Shown one piece after another: positions 48,753 to 59,951 of a stretch of DNA of 64,000 bases. Position 1 is the stretch's first letter. Each line of letters starts with the position of its first letter. Origin of the DNA: Histomonas meleagridis 2922-C6/04-290x (Eukaryota > Protista > Parabasalia); the NCBI GenBank assembly GCA_020184695.1, contig JAANOX010000126.1, forward strand, positions 372,001 through 436,000. Reading direction: 5' to 3'. Made by a program: the position numbers and the translations under genes. A model generated the notes under the pieces. The model was not told where the DNA came from. It saw only the letters and a list, made by a program, of their open reading frames with translations, and did no database searches.

Positions 48753-51392
48753 TCATTTCTTGGGTAATATCACCAATAGTTCTCTTGCCTTTTCAGCGTT
48801 TTTATTAGATGAATTTGAGATTCTAATCAAGTAGTTTGTCACGTTTCTGTTATTAATGTATGCGTGATATTTCAGTGTGATTTCGTCCCTCATTCTCACC
48901 ACTTCATCAAGGAACTTCACAATTGAGTTGTATAATGACTGCGATTTGAACACGTCGACACATAACTTCCACGATGTAAACAAACCGAACAATACAATGC
49001 AATTTCCCTTATCGCAGAAGAATTGTTCGTCGTTTTCACTTGCGATGATGATAGCGCCTGACAAATATAACAATGCTTGTGCCAAATTATCGAATTCTAA
49101 TATGTCGCCACTTGATTCTTCATCGTAAGAAATGTTAGAAAAGTATTGTAATATTTCCATTGCGATTGGTCTAAATTGTAATGATTTATCTTTAAGTGCT
49201 CGAATTATTTCACTTAAGCTATATATTGGTTCTATTATGTCCTTAATGGTCAATACATCCGATTTAATGTTCGATACTAAAAGCTCTATAAATCGTGGAG
49301 TGTATTGTATGACAATATCATTTGGTGAGGATCGATATAAATCGCCAATAACCATTGAACTTGATGAGATTAATGTAGGAGATTGACTTTGTTGAGATGC
49401 ATCGATAAATGAAATGACTTTTTGCGTATATTCAATCATGAAGCTACTTGAACGAAATGCTTCGTCATGGGACATTATAACAATCAAATACCCTAATGGA
49501 TCAAAGATTTTATCTCCAATTGTGTCTTGACATGCATTACATAATTCATATAATATTGTAAATGAGGTAGTAATAAATTGATCATTAACTGTGGAAACAT
49601 TAATGACGAGATGGATATTGGAATATGAATATTTTAACATGGTGATTAGACTGGTTTGATACATTAATAGATTATGAGAATCAATATTAGTTTGCTTGGT
49701 GGAGATTTCATATAAGCGATTTAATATAAATTGACTGAATTGGATTTTGAAGGGTAATGCTTCTTGTGGTGTGGCTTCAAATAAGTTAATAATAGAATCA
49801 AGTGAATACGTTAAAAATTTGTTGTCAAAAATATCGGGTCTATCGTAAACCGAAAAAAGTAAATTGAAAAAGTTCGGGAAGACGTTTGTCAGCGGCACGA
49901 AAACAGAATTTTGTTTCTTGTAGCGATAAAAGTATCGATATGCTACATAACATCCACTTCGCGAACGAATAGTATCGAGTTTTAAGAGTTGCTCTATGTA
50001 TTGTCCTATAAATTGTAGTTCTTCTTCCCTATTATCTGATAATTTATGAGCATATATTAAATCACCAAATAAAAGAATAGCTGCTTCACTAACTTTAAGG
50101 CTTGGATCACTTATAGAGATGTTAGCTAAAGTAGTGGCAATGTTACGAAAGAGTTGAGTTAAATTTGTATTATGAATTTTAGCAATGCATCTAAAAGATG
50201 TAAATGCAGAATATCGAACTTGCCATTGTTGTGATTGGAAGTTTTGAGTGAAGAATTGAACTATTGGTTCAATGAGAGAATCTGATGAAATCTTACAAAA
50301 TTGATGAAGTGTTTCAGTAGCAATACATCCAATAGAGTGCAAGTTATCATCAACGTTCTCATCAATTTGAGGAATTAATACTAATATATATTGAAGTAAA
50401 GAAGAAGCTGCATTTTTGGTTATTTTTGGTTCTTCGCGTTTTTCGCCAATTTTTTCAATTTCAGCTTTTTCAATTTTTGACACTTTTTTCCAAAACTGCA
50501 AAAACATTTTGATGCGCTGTGCGTCATTACTTTGGAAATCAGTTGTTACAACCTTAAAAACAACTTCTAACGCTTCCATTGAGATGATGGTGTACGTGCA
50601 TTTGATGAATTGTGCTAGTAATTTATATATCGATTCATGAATATGAGGATCTGGATGAGGAAAATTATTTATAATTATTGTAAATAATTGGTTGCGTAAT
50701 CCTTCATCTTTATTAAGGACGGAGTAATAAGATGTACGAATTGCATTATAAAGTGTTTCTAAGGTGATGCTTTTGTATGGAATTGGTGCATCAACTGATA
50801 ATACTTGGAAGCATATCTCAAATACCATCTTCTTAATACCTTCATAAGCTTGAATCTTTCGAGTATATCTAATTAATGGTGGATGATCTGATATACGAAA
50901 GAATTCATTTAATGCTGAAAGTGCCCCTAATTGTGCAAACTCGCCATATTGTTCTTTGTTCACAATTAGAGATTGAAGAATATTAAAGAAATCTGGCCAT
51001 AAATTATTTTTAATTTCAATTTGTTCAATGTTTGCAAGCAAATTTGCACAACAATTTCTCATTGCTTCTTCTTTGAACATTAGGCCACGAACTAGTGCTT
51101 GTTTTATTTGCATTCTTTGTTGTTCGGGAATTGATAACCAAATATTTGTAATTGCAATTAAATTAATTACTTTTGTAGGCCGTAATAAATTTCTAATGAA
51201 TACGGTGGCTGTGAATGCAAGTTGAAGTGTGACTCCATCTGATAAAAGAATTTTTGATAAAAAATCCAAATATTGTATTGGTTCTGCGTCTTTGAATTGA
51301 AGCAGCCTCGTTGACGCAGCTTGTTGGTCACCGTTTGCTTGCCCAGTAGCAATTAAAAGGCTTTGAACAAACTCATCAAACACAGAACTCAT
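48753..51392 (-). CDS. Importin-beta/karyopherin-like HEAT-repeat protein
   Basis: IBN_N-like N-terminus (QAASTRLLQFKD..YLDFLSKILL..LAFTATVFIRN), QWQVRYSAF HEAT motif, 879 aa. Confidence 0.8.
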   Translation of the reverse strand: MSSVFDEFVQSLLIATGQANGDQQAASTRLLQFKDAEPIQYLDFLSKILLSDGVTLQLAFTATVFIRNLLRPTKVINLIAITNIWLSIPEQQRMQIKQALVRGLMFKEEAMRNCCANLLANIEQIEIKNNLWPDFFNILQSLIVNKEQYGEFAQLGALSALNEFFRISDHPPLIRYTRKIQAYEGIKKMVFEICFQVLSVDAPIPYKSITLETLYNAIRTSYYSVLNKDEGLRNQLFTIIINNFPHPDPHIHESIYKLLAQFIKCTYTIISMEALEVVFKVVTTDFQSNDAQRIKMFLQFWKKVSKIEKAEIEKIGEKREEPKITKNAASSLLQYILVLIPQIDENVDDNLHSIGCIATETLHQFCKISSDSLIEPIVQFFTQNFQSQQWQVRYSAFTSFRCIAKIHNTNLTQLFRNIATTLANISISDPSLKVSEAAILLFGDLIYAHKLSDNREEELQFIGQYIEQLLKLDTIRSRSGCYVAYRYFYRYKKQNSVFVPLTNVFPNFFNLLFSVYDRPDIFDNKFLTYSLDSIINLFEATPQEALPFKIQFSQFILNRLYEISTKQTNIDSHNLLMYQTSLITMLKYSYSNIHLVINVSTVNDQFITTSFTILYELCNACQDTIGDKIFDPLGYLIVIMSHDEAFRSSSFMIEYTQKVISFIDASQQSQSPTLISSSSMVIGDLYRSSPNDIVIQYTPRFIELLVSNIKSDVLTIKDIIEPIYSLSEIIRALKDKSLQFRPIAMEILQYFSNISYDEESSGDILEFDNLAQALLYLSGAIIIASENDEQFFCDKGNCIVLFGLFTSWKLCVDVFKSQSLYNSIVKFLDEVVRMRDEITLKYHAYINNRNVTNYLIRISNSSNKNAEKARELLVILPKK

Positions 51393-51474
51393 TGGTCAAA
51401 TGAAATGTTATGTGAAAACAAACATCACTTCACTAGTGAAAAACGGTTATTAAATGGTTTAGTTTTTATTTTAA

Positions 51475-52080
51475 TCACATTTCTTGTTGATTTTCTTCAT
51501 GAGGCTTCTCTGGGTTAGTTTCCTCTTGCTTATCTTGATTGGAGCTTTCTTGGTTCTTAATTAAGTTTAAAATACCTGGCCCAAGTAATGTGACGTTGAT
51601 AAGGATTAAACAAAGCCAAAACTTACCAATTATGCTTGAGACAAATGCAAGCGTGAGCCATACTGTGAAAACGTATAATATTTTTATGATTCCATTCGGA
51701 AATGGAAGACCAAAAAGATAATCGATTATCATCTTTGTCACTTGCTTTGCTTTCCCAATGAAATTGCATATTTCTTCGAATGTGTATGTTTGTTTATTAT
51801 CTTTTTCGTTTGAAAAATCAAGGAAGTTCTTAAGACCAAATCGTGAATGTAATACGTAAACAACGTAGCAAATTAAAGAAACAAGTGCAATAAAGCTAAC
51901 AATTCCCATTTGTGCACAATATGCAAAAATGAAAAGAGAATTTATCAATACCAAAAGAACACAAAAAATCACCGGCTTTTTCCAAAGTAAAATTGATTGG
52001 ATGCTCATGATTGCATTTTCGTAAGGAAGAAGTTGTTCATAAAGCTGTTTTTCTGGAGGAATATTTGATTCTTCAGTCAT
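51475..52080 (-). CDS. Reticulon/ARL6IP1-like ER membrane protein
   Basis: AIMSIQSILLWKKP followed by two long hydrophobic hairpins. Likely start MTEESN at 52080. Confidence 0.7.
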   Translation of the reverse strand: MTEESNIPPEKQLYEQLLPYENAIMSIQSILLWKKPVIFCVLLVLINSLFIFAYCAQMGIVSFIALVSLICYVVYVLHSRFGLKNFLDFSNEKDNKQTYTFEEICNFIGKAKQVTKMIIDYLFGLPFPNGIIKILYVFTVWLTLAFVSSIIGKFWLCLILINVTLLGPGILNLIKNQESSNQDKQEETNPEKPHEENQQEM

Positions 52081-52173
52081 TTGACAAAAATAGACCTTAA
52101 AATGAGGTGCCCCAATCAAATGAATGTTAATTACACCAAAAGTGCCAATTCAAAGAAATAAATTTTTACTAAA

Positions 52174-53690
52174 TTAATTTTCATATTTCCGAATTCCTGT
52201 GATCCTTGCTCTTTTATCAGAGATTTCAGCAAGCATCCTAAGAATTTGAAATGCATTTTCACAATTTCCCACAGTAAGCATTGTTTTCTATAATATGAAT
52301 AAACACCGAATAATATTTTTGAATCCTATCAAATAAAATAAATAAATATTTTTAGCGTTGATATCAATTTCATGTTTTTCGAGAAGTAATTTAACAATAT
52401 CTAAGTGACCTTTTACCGATGCCAAAATGAGAGTTGTATTAAATTATTCAAATAATTTCCGATTATTGTTTTAAGACATCATTTTATTTGTATAAATTCT
52501 AAATAAATCATAAAATTATTTTTAGCATTAACATCAATTCCATCTTTATTTATAAGTAATTTAACTACTTCTATTTGATCTTTTTCTATTGCGCAAAGAA
52601 TCGGCGTTTGAAATCTTTTGAATAATTTCCAAATATTTTTTTAAAATTATGAATGATAAAAACATATTTCAAATTTAATAAGCAAATATTTTTTGTATTT
52701 ACATCAATTCCTTCTTTTGCAAGAAGTAATTTAACAGTTTCAACATGACCATTTTTAGATGCCAAATGAAGAGCTGTCCAAAATATTTGATATAAACTCC
52801 AAATATTAAATTGAAACATGATCATAATGAAATTAACATTAAATAAAGCAAATAAACACCTTTAGCATTAATATCAATTCCTCTCTGTTCAAGAAGTAAT
52901 TTAATAATATCTGCATGACCTACTTCAGATGCTCTGATGAGTGCTGTTTCAAATAATTTAAACAAATTCCAAATATTATATTGAAATAAAAAATCATCAA
53001 TATAAATATTATATAAAACTTATAAATACATATCGCATTAATGTCAATTCCATTTTGCTCAAGAAGTAATTTAACTATTTCAGTGTGGCCATTTCTAGAT
53101 GCTCTCATAAGTGCTGTGTAAAATATTGCGAATAATTTCCAAATAGATTTTTAAAATATTAAATTATTAATATAAACATTAAACAAACCAAACAAACATC
53201 TTTAGCATTAATATCAATTCCTTCTTTTTGAAGAAGTGATTTAACTATGTTTATGCTACCGTTTTTCGAGGTAATTATAAGTGGTGTTTCAAATAATAAA
53301 AACAATTTCCAATTATTATTTTAAGACATCAATTTGTTTGAATAAATTTTAATTAAAACATAAAAATATTTTTAGTATTAACATCAATTCTTTCTTGACC
53401 AATAAGTAATTCAACTATTTCCGTGTAACCATTTTCATATGCCCAAATAAGTAATGAACAAAATAAGATGAAAAAATCCCAAATGCATTTTATGTATATT
53501 AAATAATGGAAGCAAACTTTAACTAAAAAATTTAAATATCTTTACTATTAATATCTGTTGCTTTGAGAAGTAATTTAATGATTTTGATATTGTTATATTC
53601 ATGCGCATACATGAGTGTGGTTCTAAATAATATTTGCAAATTTCAAATTTGAAATTGAAATATCGAATTTTTATATTAAACATATCCTCT
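52174..53690 (-). CDS. Ankyrin-repeat gene C (5' part missing or degenerate) with 17-nt spacer arrays
   Basis: 77-nt blocks start at 52441, 52611, 52781, 52951, 53121, 53291 and 53461; a 60-nt block lies at 52288-52347. De-spaced hairpins: DKNGCSLL, NKDGETPL, DNNGYTAL, CNFGETAL, GNHGWTAL, NEIGQTPI, NRDGNTTL, NDRGKTML. Stop at 52174-52176. No intact DUF3447 region found upstream. Confidence 0.75.
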
Positions 53691-54102
53691 ATCAGATTTT
53701 AATACTGATTTATTTTTCTGTTGAAGCCAATGAAGAAACTTGTCGAATTCTTGAATCAAGTTGCCTTCCATCCCAAAAATGCCATCTCTTTTTGATAACC
53801 GTACAGCGGTTATGACTTTATAATTCAAAAAGTGTAAAAGGAAGATTAACAAACAAAATAGCAATAATCATGACAATCAGTTGAAATAACAAAATTAGGG
53901 ATGCTCTAATAGATAACTTGTGCTAAAGCTTATTTTCATCATTGACAAAGGTATGATAGCAAAAAATGAAATTGATTGTTTTTAGAAAAATTAGGTACAG
54001 TGTATGTAGCACTGACAATATTTAAAAACTCAATAACTTAATAAAGTTTTGCATTTCAAGTGTTTCACAAAACTTATAAATATTAAGTAAATCTATTTTT
54101 AT

Positions 54103-55269
54103 TTAATAATTATCTTTATTTCCAATTGTATATTTTGGACCACCAAGTGATGATATTTGAGCAATGTATTCACCACCCTTTTCTTTTACCATATAACTCA
54201 TATCCCTTGAAGTGAAATAGAATCCTTTCTTGAACTTATAGAATCTTTCGATGTTTTCATATTCTCCTGGACCTGGTATATCCTTTTTGGTTACTGGAAA
54301 TCTTTCAGATGGCCCAATAAATCCTTTACTATTTTCACGTAAATGTTTCGTATTTGCATGAAAGTATTCCCCAGGACCAGGAGTATCGTTTCTTTCATGC
54401 TGTTGGAACCTTTCTCCAATAGTTATAGGATGGTATTCAATTGATGATGGCAACTCATAGATTGGTCCAGGTGAAATGGTCTCATAACTCGTACTTGGAC
54501 GAGAGCCAAAACTGATTTTACGTGGTGTCATACAACCTGTACATCCATAATATGGTGCATTGCATTGATCATTTGGAATTGTAGTACGATTTTTAATAGT
54601 GACTTTCTGTGAAACGTTACTGTCAAAGGGTTTAATTTGTTGGTAATCAGCAGGACCTGGGCTATCTTTAATTGGAATATCTATTCGAGGTGAAATAGTG
54701 GAGCTACGTGCGCCAGTACCAGGTCTTACACGCTGTGAGTATTTGGATGGACCAGGGCCATAACGTTTTGGTTCTGGTAATGGAATTGACGGACCAATGG
54801 TAATTCCATTTTTCTGATCAAAAAGAGATGGAATATCATATACACCTGGTGGAAGTATTATATTTTTGTCTACAAAATCTGTTCTAGGACCTGATAATAT
54901 TGTCTTTTTCTTATTGAATAATTCTCGTGAAATTGTGTAGTCAGCAGGACCTGGGTTCCCATTATCAAATGATCTTTCTCGTTTAGGGCGGATGCTGCAT
55001 TTGGGTTGGTCAGAACCAAATTTGTATGATATATTATAAGGACCGGGTGTTATATCAGGCTGACGTGATTTTGGACGGCACCCAAACGATGTTTTACTTA
55101 CTCTAAGTGTTGATGGCATTTTGATTAAAGGAGGTTCTGGATCTGGTGGTTTTTCTTTATGTCTTCCCTTAAGCGTGTACTTTGGTCCACTGCCAAAAGA
55201 AGATGGAACTGCGTATGCAGCTGGTCCTGGAGAAGTTTCGATTTTTCTTCCTTTGCACCATTTTTCCAT
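54103..55269 (-). CDS. SHIPPO-repeat (sperm-tail PG-rich, ODF3-like) protein
   Basis: Repeated SPGPAAY/TPGPY/PGPADY/PGPGEY motifs. Likely start MEKWCKG at 55269. Confidence 0.88.
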   Translation of the reverse strand: MEKWCKGRKIETSPGPAAYAVPSSFGSGPKYTLKGRHKEKPPDPEPPLIKMPSTLRVSKTSFGCRPKSRQPDITPGPYNISYKFGSDQPKCSIRPKRERSFDNGNPGPADYTISRELFNKKKTILSGPRTDFVDKNIILPPGVYDIPSLFDQKNGITIGPSIPLPEPKRYGPGPSKYSQRVRPGTGARSSTISPRIDIPIKDSPGPADYQQIKPFDSNVSQKVTIKNRTTIPNDQCNAPYYGCTGCMTPRKISFGSRPSTSYETISPGPIYELPSSIEYHPITIGERFQQHERNDTPGPGEYFHANTKHLRENSKGFIGPSERFPVTKKDIPGPGEYENIERFYKFKKGFYFTSRDMSYMVKEKGGEYIAQISSLGGPKYTIGNKDNY

Positions 55270-55791
55270 TGAGCATAACGTACATTTGAACGATGGCTTC
55301 CAAATCAAGAAAAGAGCAAAATCATCACAAATAGGTGTCAATGAATTTATAAGTATTTCCTTATTGTTATACGCATACCCGTAAATTTTATACCAACTAC
55401 AAAATTGATGATCCTTAAAATTTCAAGGCAAATCGTATTGATTGAGAGAAACTCGACATAAAACAGGCTTTGGGTTCACTACCTATTCACAAAAAACTCT
55501 ATTTCTCTTGTTACCAAATGTTTTTTAAGCTTTCTCCTTTCATCTTTAAGACAAAAACATAAACAGGAAATCACCATCAAGAGAATAAGTTCCTTTTAAA
55601 ATTTATATTTAGATTTATTATTTATCTTAATATTTAATCATCCAGTGATGTTGATATCAAGTGCTTCAGGTGATGAAGAACCTCCAAAATTTGTGAGAAA
55701 TTGAATTTATCACAAAACGATCAACTTTTTGAACGCAAACAACCAACTTTGTTCTCTCAATTATAAATTTAATTGAATTGTGGTATGGTGA

Positions 55792-58527
55792 ATGTTTCTC
55801 TTTGTTCTTTTCCAAAGGACTCTATGTGAAGACTCAGATTATTTCCCATACGTTCCACTAAATGCAAACTCAGGGGGCTCGCTTGTCAACATGTCCTATT
55901 TAAATCAACAAAAAGCTGATCAGCGCATCATCATTAAAGATGGTCATTTTGCATATGAAAATGGCACAAGAGTACGTTTTGTTGGTGTATCATTTATTGG
56001 TGCGAATTTCTATACATCACGTGAACATGCTGATGAAATTGCGGAAAGACTTTCTCAGCTAGGTGTTAATCTTGTAAGATTTCATAACATTGATCAACCA
56101 AGTAAATCCTCACACTTATGGGCAGATTATAATCAACAAACCGACTTCGATCCTGATCAAGTTGCTGCATTCAGATACATGATAAATGCGTTAAAACAAA
56201 GAGGAATTTATACGAACATAAACATTAAAGTTAGCAGACAATATCCTTCTTTACAATTATACAACTACGATTACAATGTCATCAAATCCATTGAATATCT
56301 TCATGAACCATTCATCCAATCCAACATTGACTACATCACTAAGCTCCTCCAGGTTCAAAATTATGAAAACACATCCACTCTTGCGAATGATCCCTGCATT
56401 GCATTTTTTGAACTCAACAATGAGAACGATATCTTCCAAGTCTCCTATCAAAACTTCAAGCAATGGATCGAAATCCAAGACAACGTTATCTATCTGAGTT
56501 CCATCAAAGATAAGTGGTACACATATTTGAAAGATACATATCACGATTATAACTCATTAGATCACAAAATAAATTGGGAACTTTTTGATGAGTCTTTAGA
56601 TCTTGTATCAAATTATACAGCCGAATGTAATTGGCATAACACATATAAGTGTACGAACACTGATAATGAATGGGTTATTGACATACAACAAACATCTGAT
56701 TATCGATATCGACATCAATTACTTACGCATGTTAATCCACCAGTTTTTCAGCCGAATACATATTATACCATTCAATTCACTGCGAGATCTAATCAAGAAA
56801 AATTTAATATATCAGCACAACTTGTTTCAGGTGAGTATAACATTGGTGAAATTATTCCTGATGTCACAATAACAAATGAAAATCAAGAATATAATATCGT
56901 ATTCAAAACATATGATGAAGATGAAGGTTGGGGACAATTTAACTTCTCTAAGCCACAAACTGTAAGTGTTACATTGGAAAATAAACCTGCAATAATTTAT
57001 ATTACAAAACCCAAAGTTTTTAAAGGAAGAAAACATGTTGAATTCTCCGATTCACAAACATTAGATACAGTATGGTTCCCTTATCCAATAGATTCAACAA
57101 TTGATGAACTTAATGCAGAATTTCGATCATTCCTTGGATATATTGAAGCTAACTATACAAAACGGATGATGAAAACAATAAGAGATTTAGGATGTCAAAC
57201 ATTAATTACACCAACACAAATGAATTATGGAAATCCAATCACTATATCAAAAAGGGCAGAACTTACTGATTATTCTGACTTCCATTCTTATTGGAATCAT
57301 CCAACATATACTAATGGACAAACGTGGGATTATAATTATTTAATTACAGAAAATCGGCCAATGTCAGAAGATGAAAACTTTGGAGCTTTTAGTTTTTTGT
57401 CATATAAAATATATGGTAAACCATATTCGTTATCGGAATATAATCATCCATTTCCAAATGATTATATAAATGAAATGGTTCCAATGTTATTTCCAATAAT
57501 GTCTTATTATGATCTTGATAGCGTTTCATTATTTTTCTGGAATAATCAATATGATAATATAAGTGAGAAAGAGTTTATTCATGATCCTTTCTCAATAACT
57601 AATAGTCCTATTGTCACCACTTTAATTCCATTTGCTTCTATAGCATTTAGAGAGTTTTCCATCAAAGAAGCAACGCATAAAGTGAAAGTGACTTTTCCAT
57701 CCGCTTTTATTGATTTTTGTAATCTTAAAGATAATATAAATCATGAATGGTTTTGGAACAAAGGAATGATCAACAAGAATTGTGTTATACCACAAGAATT
57801 AACATTCATTAAAGATGAAGGAAATAATCTTCTTGTTGATGATGACATTTGTGTTCAACAAGAAAACAAATTCCCATATGTCATTGGTGATGAAATTATT
57901 TGGGAAAAAGGAAAATTTATCACAAATTCTTCCAAAGTGATATTTGCAACAGGAACACAACTTTCAAATGCACTTGATTTCGGTCCATTAATTGTATCAA
58001 TGGATCAAAAAGAACATTCATCACGAACTTTTGCTGCTGCATCACTTGATAATAAACCATTGACTTCTTCGAGAAAGTTCATAATTGCTGTTGTTGGGAA
58101 TGAAATGAATTCTAATCAAAAATGGAATAATGATAGAACATCAACAGGCTCAGCAAATGGTGGAAATTATGGAACTGAGCCAATTCTAGTTGAGAAAATT
58201 AAATTTACTGTTAATATTAAAGGTGGAAATAATTACACAATAACAAAACTTTCGCCAAATGCAATGCCAATTGGTGAATGTAAATTTAATGAAGAAGAAA
58301 ATGGAATTTCATTCACAAATGATAATAATAACCCAACTTTGTGGTATCTTGTCGAAAGAAATATGACGCAATTACCATCAGAAAATGGGAATTCAAATGA
58401 AACAACTATTATAATTGTGGTCGTTGTCGTGGTAGTTGTTGTCATTGTTGCGGTGGCTCTGATTACTTTCTTCGTTATTAAGAAAAGAAAAGAAAAACTT
58501 AACGATTCTTCAGGTCCAAATCTTTGA
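55792..58527 (+). CDS. Membrane-anchored glycoside hydrolase (clan GH-A, GH5-like) with inserted CBM4/9-like module
   Basis: RVRFVGV, LSQLGVNLVRFHNID, LKQRGIYTNINI, LANDPCIAFFELNNEN (acid/base), DFHSYWNHP, SLSEYNHP (nucleophile), YTIQFTARS CBM-like insert. N-terminal signal and C-terminal poly-Val TM helix followed by KKRK. Confidence 0.8.
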   Translation: MFLFVLFQRTLCEDSDYFPYVPLNANSGGSLVNMSYLNQQKADQRIIIKDGHFAYENGTRVRFVGVSFIGANFYTSREHADEIAERLSQLGVNLVRFHNIDQPSKSSHLWADYNQQTDFDPDQVAAFRYMINALKQRGIYTNINIKVSRQYPSLQLYNYDYNVIKSIEYLHEPFIQSNIDYITKLLQVQNYENTSTLANDPCIAFFELNNENDIFQVSYQNFKQWIEIQDNVIYLSSIKDKWYTYLKDTYHDYNSLDHKINWELFDESLDLVSNYTAECNWHNTYKCTNTDNEWVIDIQQTSDYRYRHQLLTHVNPPVFQPNTYYTIQFTARSNQEKFNISAQLVSGEYNIGEIIPDVTITNENQEYNIVFKTYDEDEGWGQFNFSKPQTVSVTLENKPAIIYITKPKVFKGRKHVEFSDSQTLDTVWFPYPIDSTIDELNAEFRSFLGYIEANYTKRMMKTIRDLGCQTLITPTQMNYGNPITISKRAELTDYSDFHSYWNHPTYTNGQTWDYNYLITENRPMSEDENFGAFSFLSYKIYGKPYSLSEYNHPFPNDYINEMVPMLFPIMSYYDLDSVSLFFWNNQYDNISEKEFIHDPFSITNSPIVTTLIPFASIAFREFSIKEATHKVKVTFPSAFIDFCNLKDNINHEWFWNKGMINKNCVIPQELTFIKDEGNNLLVDDDICVQQENKFPYVIGDEIIWEKGKFITNSSKVIFATGTQLSNALDFGPLIVSMDQKEHSSRTFAAASLDNKPLTSSRKFIIAVVGNEMNSNQKWNNDRTSTGSANGGNYGTEPILVEKIKFTVNIKGGNNYTITKLSPNAMPIGECKFNEEENGISFTNDNNNPTLWYLVERNMTQLPSENGNSNETTIIIVVVVVVVVVIVAVALITFFVIKKRKEKLNDSSGPNL

Positions 58528-58859
58528 TCTTTATTTTCATAATAAATAAACTATTCACACTCGATTTTTATTAAACTCTTTCATTGCCACATGAATAAAT
58601 ATATGGCAAGCAAGAATGAAAAAAATACAATTCACAGTCAAATACATTTAATCCTTCATTACAATTTGATTTGAAATTGATAAATTCCATAATATTAATA
58701 TATTCATTATCACTTACAAATTCAGTTACTGATTAAAAAATACTTTCTCTGCTCAGTAGTATAATATCATTAAATAATCAATTATATACACGAATAATAT
58801 ATGTGGATATACAAATATCATATTATGATTCAGTAATCACTGATTATTATTCTAATTTC

Positions 58860-59010
58860 ACTTTTTTCTTGTGTTAGCTCCCGAATAAGTAAAATCGAAC
58901 AAAATGATAATATCGTTGCAATAGCTGTTGGAATATGTGTTCCTGTTGTAGTGATATTAATTTCTGTTTGAATAGTATTATTAGTATTTCGTAAAGTTTA
59001 TAAAATATGG
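58860..59010 (+). pseudogene. Remnant TM segment of a surface-protein gene
   Basis: QNDNIVAIAVGICVPVVVILISV*IVLLVFRK, similar to the BspA TM region, with an internal stop. Confidence 0.45.
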
Positions 59011-59951
59011 GAGAAAGAACATATTCATCTGTGTATCAATCTTCATAGGGGAATGTGTATGTACGTCATTGATCGATCCTGGGCAAGTGTTTGTTTTAAT
59101 GTCGCTTAAACTAAATTTGAATTAAGTAAATAATCATTAAAATCTCAAATTATATATATGAACAACTGAATGAGTCAACAAAGGTGATTCAAAGATTGGG
59201 GTTAAACTTTTCAAAGTTATAGTTTAAGTTGTAAGCTGAGAGCGATCGAAGGAATTGATTTGCTTTATGACTATTTTCTATCGCGTTATCCATTGTGATT
59301 TCTATTTTTTGGAATCAGTATATATATCAACTTGAGGTCGAATGCTTATGTGAAAATCCAGATTCAATTACTATCTGTATCAATATCAAAAATATAACTT
59401 GAATATTGATTAAACTAAGGTCAAAATTTTTGCTTTTTATGTTAAAAATGTATTTTATTCCAAGCAATGATGTTAATTGATCAGAGTATAACAAAATCTG
59501 AATTGTATCTTATGATGAGTGGTGACACTCCAAATATCGATCAAACCTATGCTTTTTTTTGGCTACATATGCATAAATTAAGTCATATATTAAATATGCA
59601 AGGGCTTAAGGAGGATCTGATGGACATTATCGAAGTAGTACTGCCACATGATAAGCCGTTATATGGGATGGCATATTATCTTCCTCAATTCTTTTGTCCA
59701 ATTATCTATAATATAGGCAATAATTTGTTCAAAAGATTTAAATGAGCTTTTAGCCTTCATTAAATTACCAGTATCATGAATATTTTTAATTTCATAGTTA
59801 ATAAAATGTCACACAAAGTTTTGCTTCATTCTCAAAAACACAACATCAAAAAATATATTAAATCGAATTCATTGATTTCCACATTTTTCTTTTTATAATC
59901 ACATAAAATAAAATTCTTTATATACAATTACAAATGCATTTGTCAACACAA

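Noticed and set aside
53690-54060. Further 17/3 blocks or a start exon upstream of gene C
   Set aside because: No parse gave a convincing hairpin; the region appears degenerate.
59467-59745. 92-aa ORF, possibly a remnant of a mobile or viral gene
   Set aside because: No recognisable motif.
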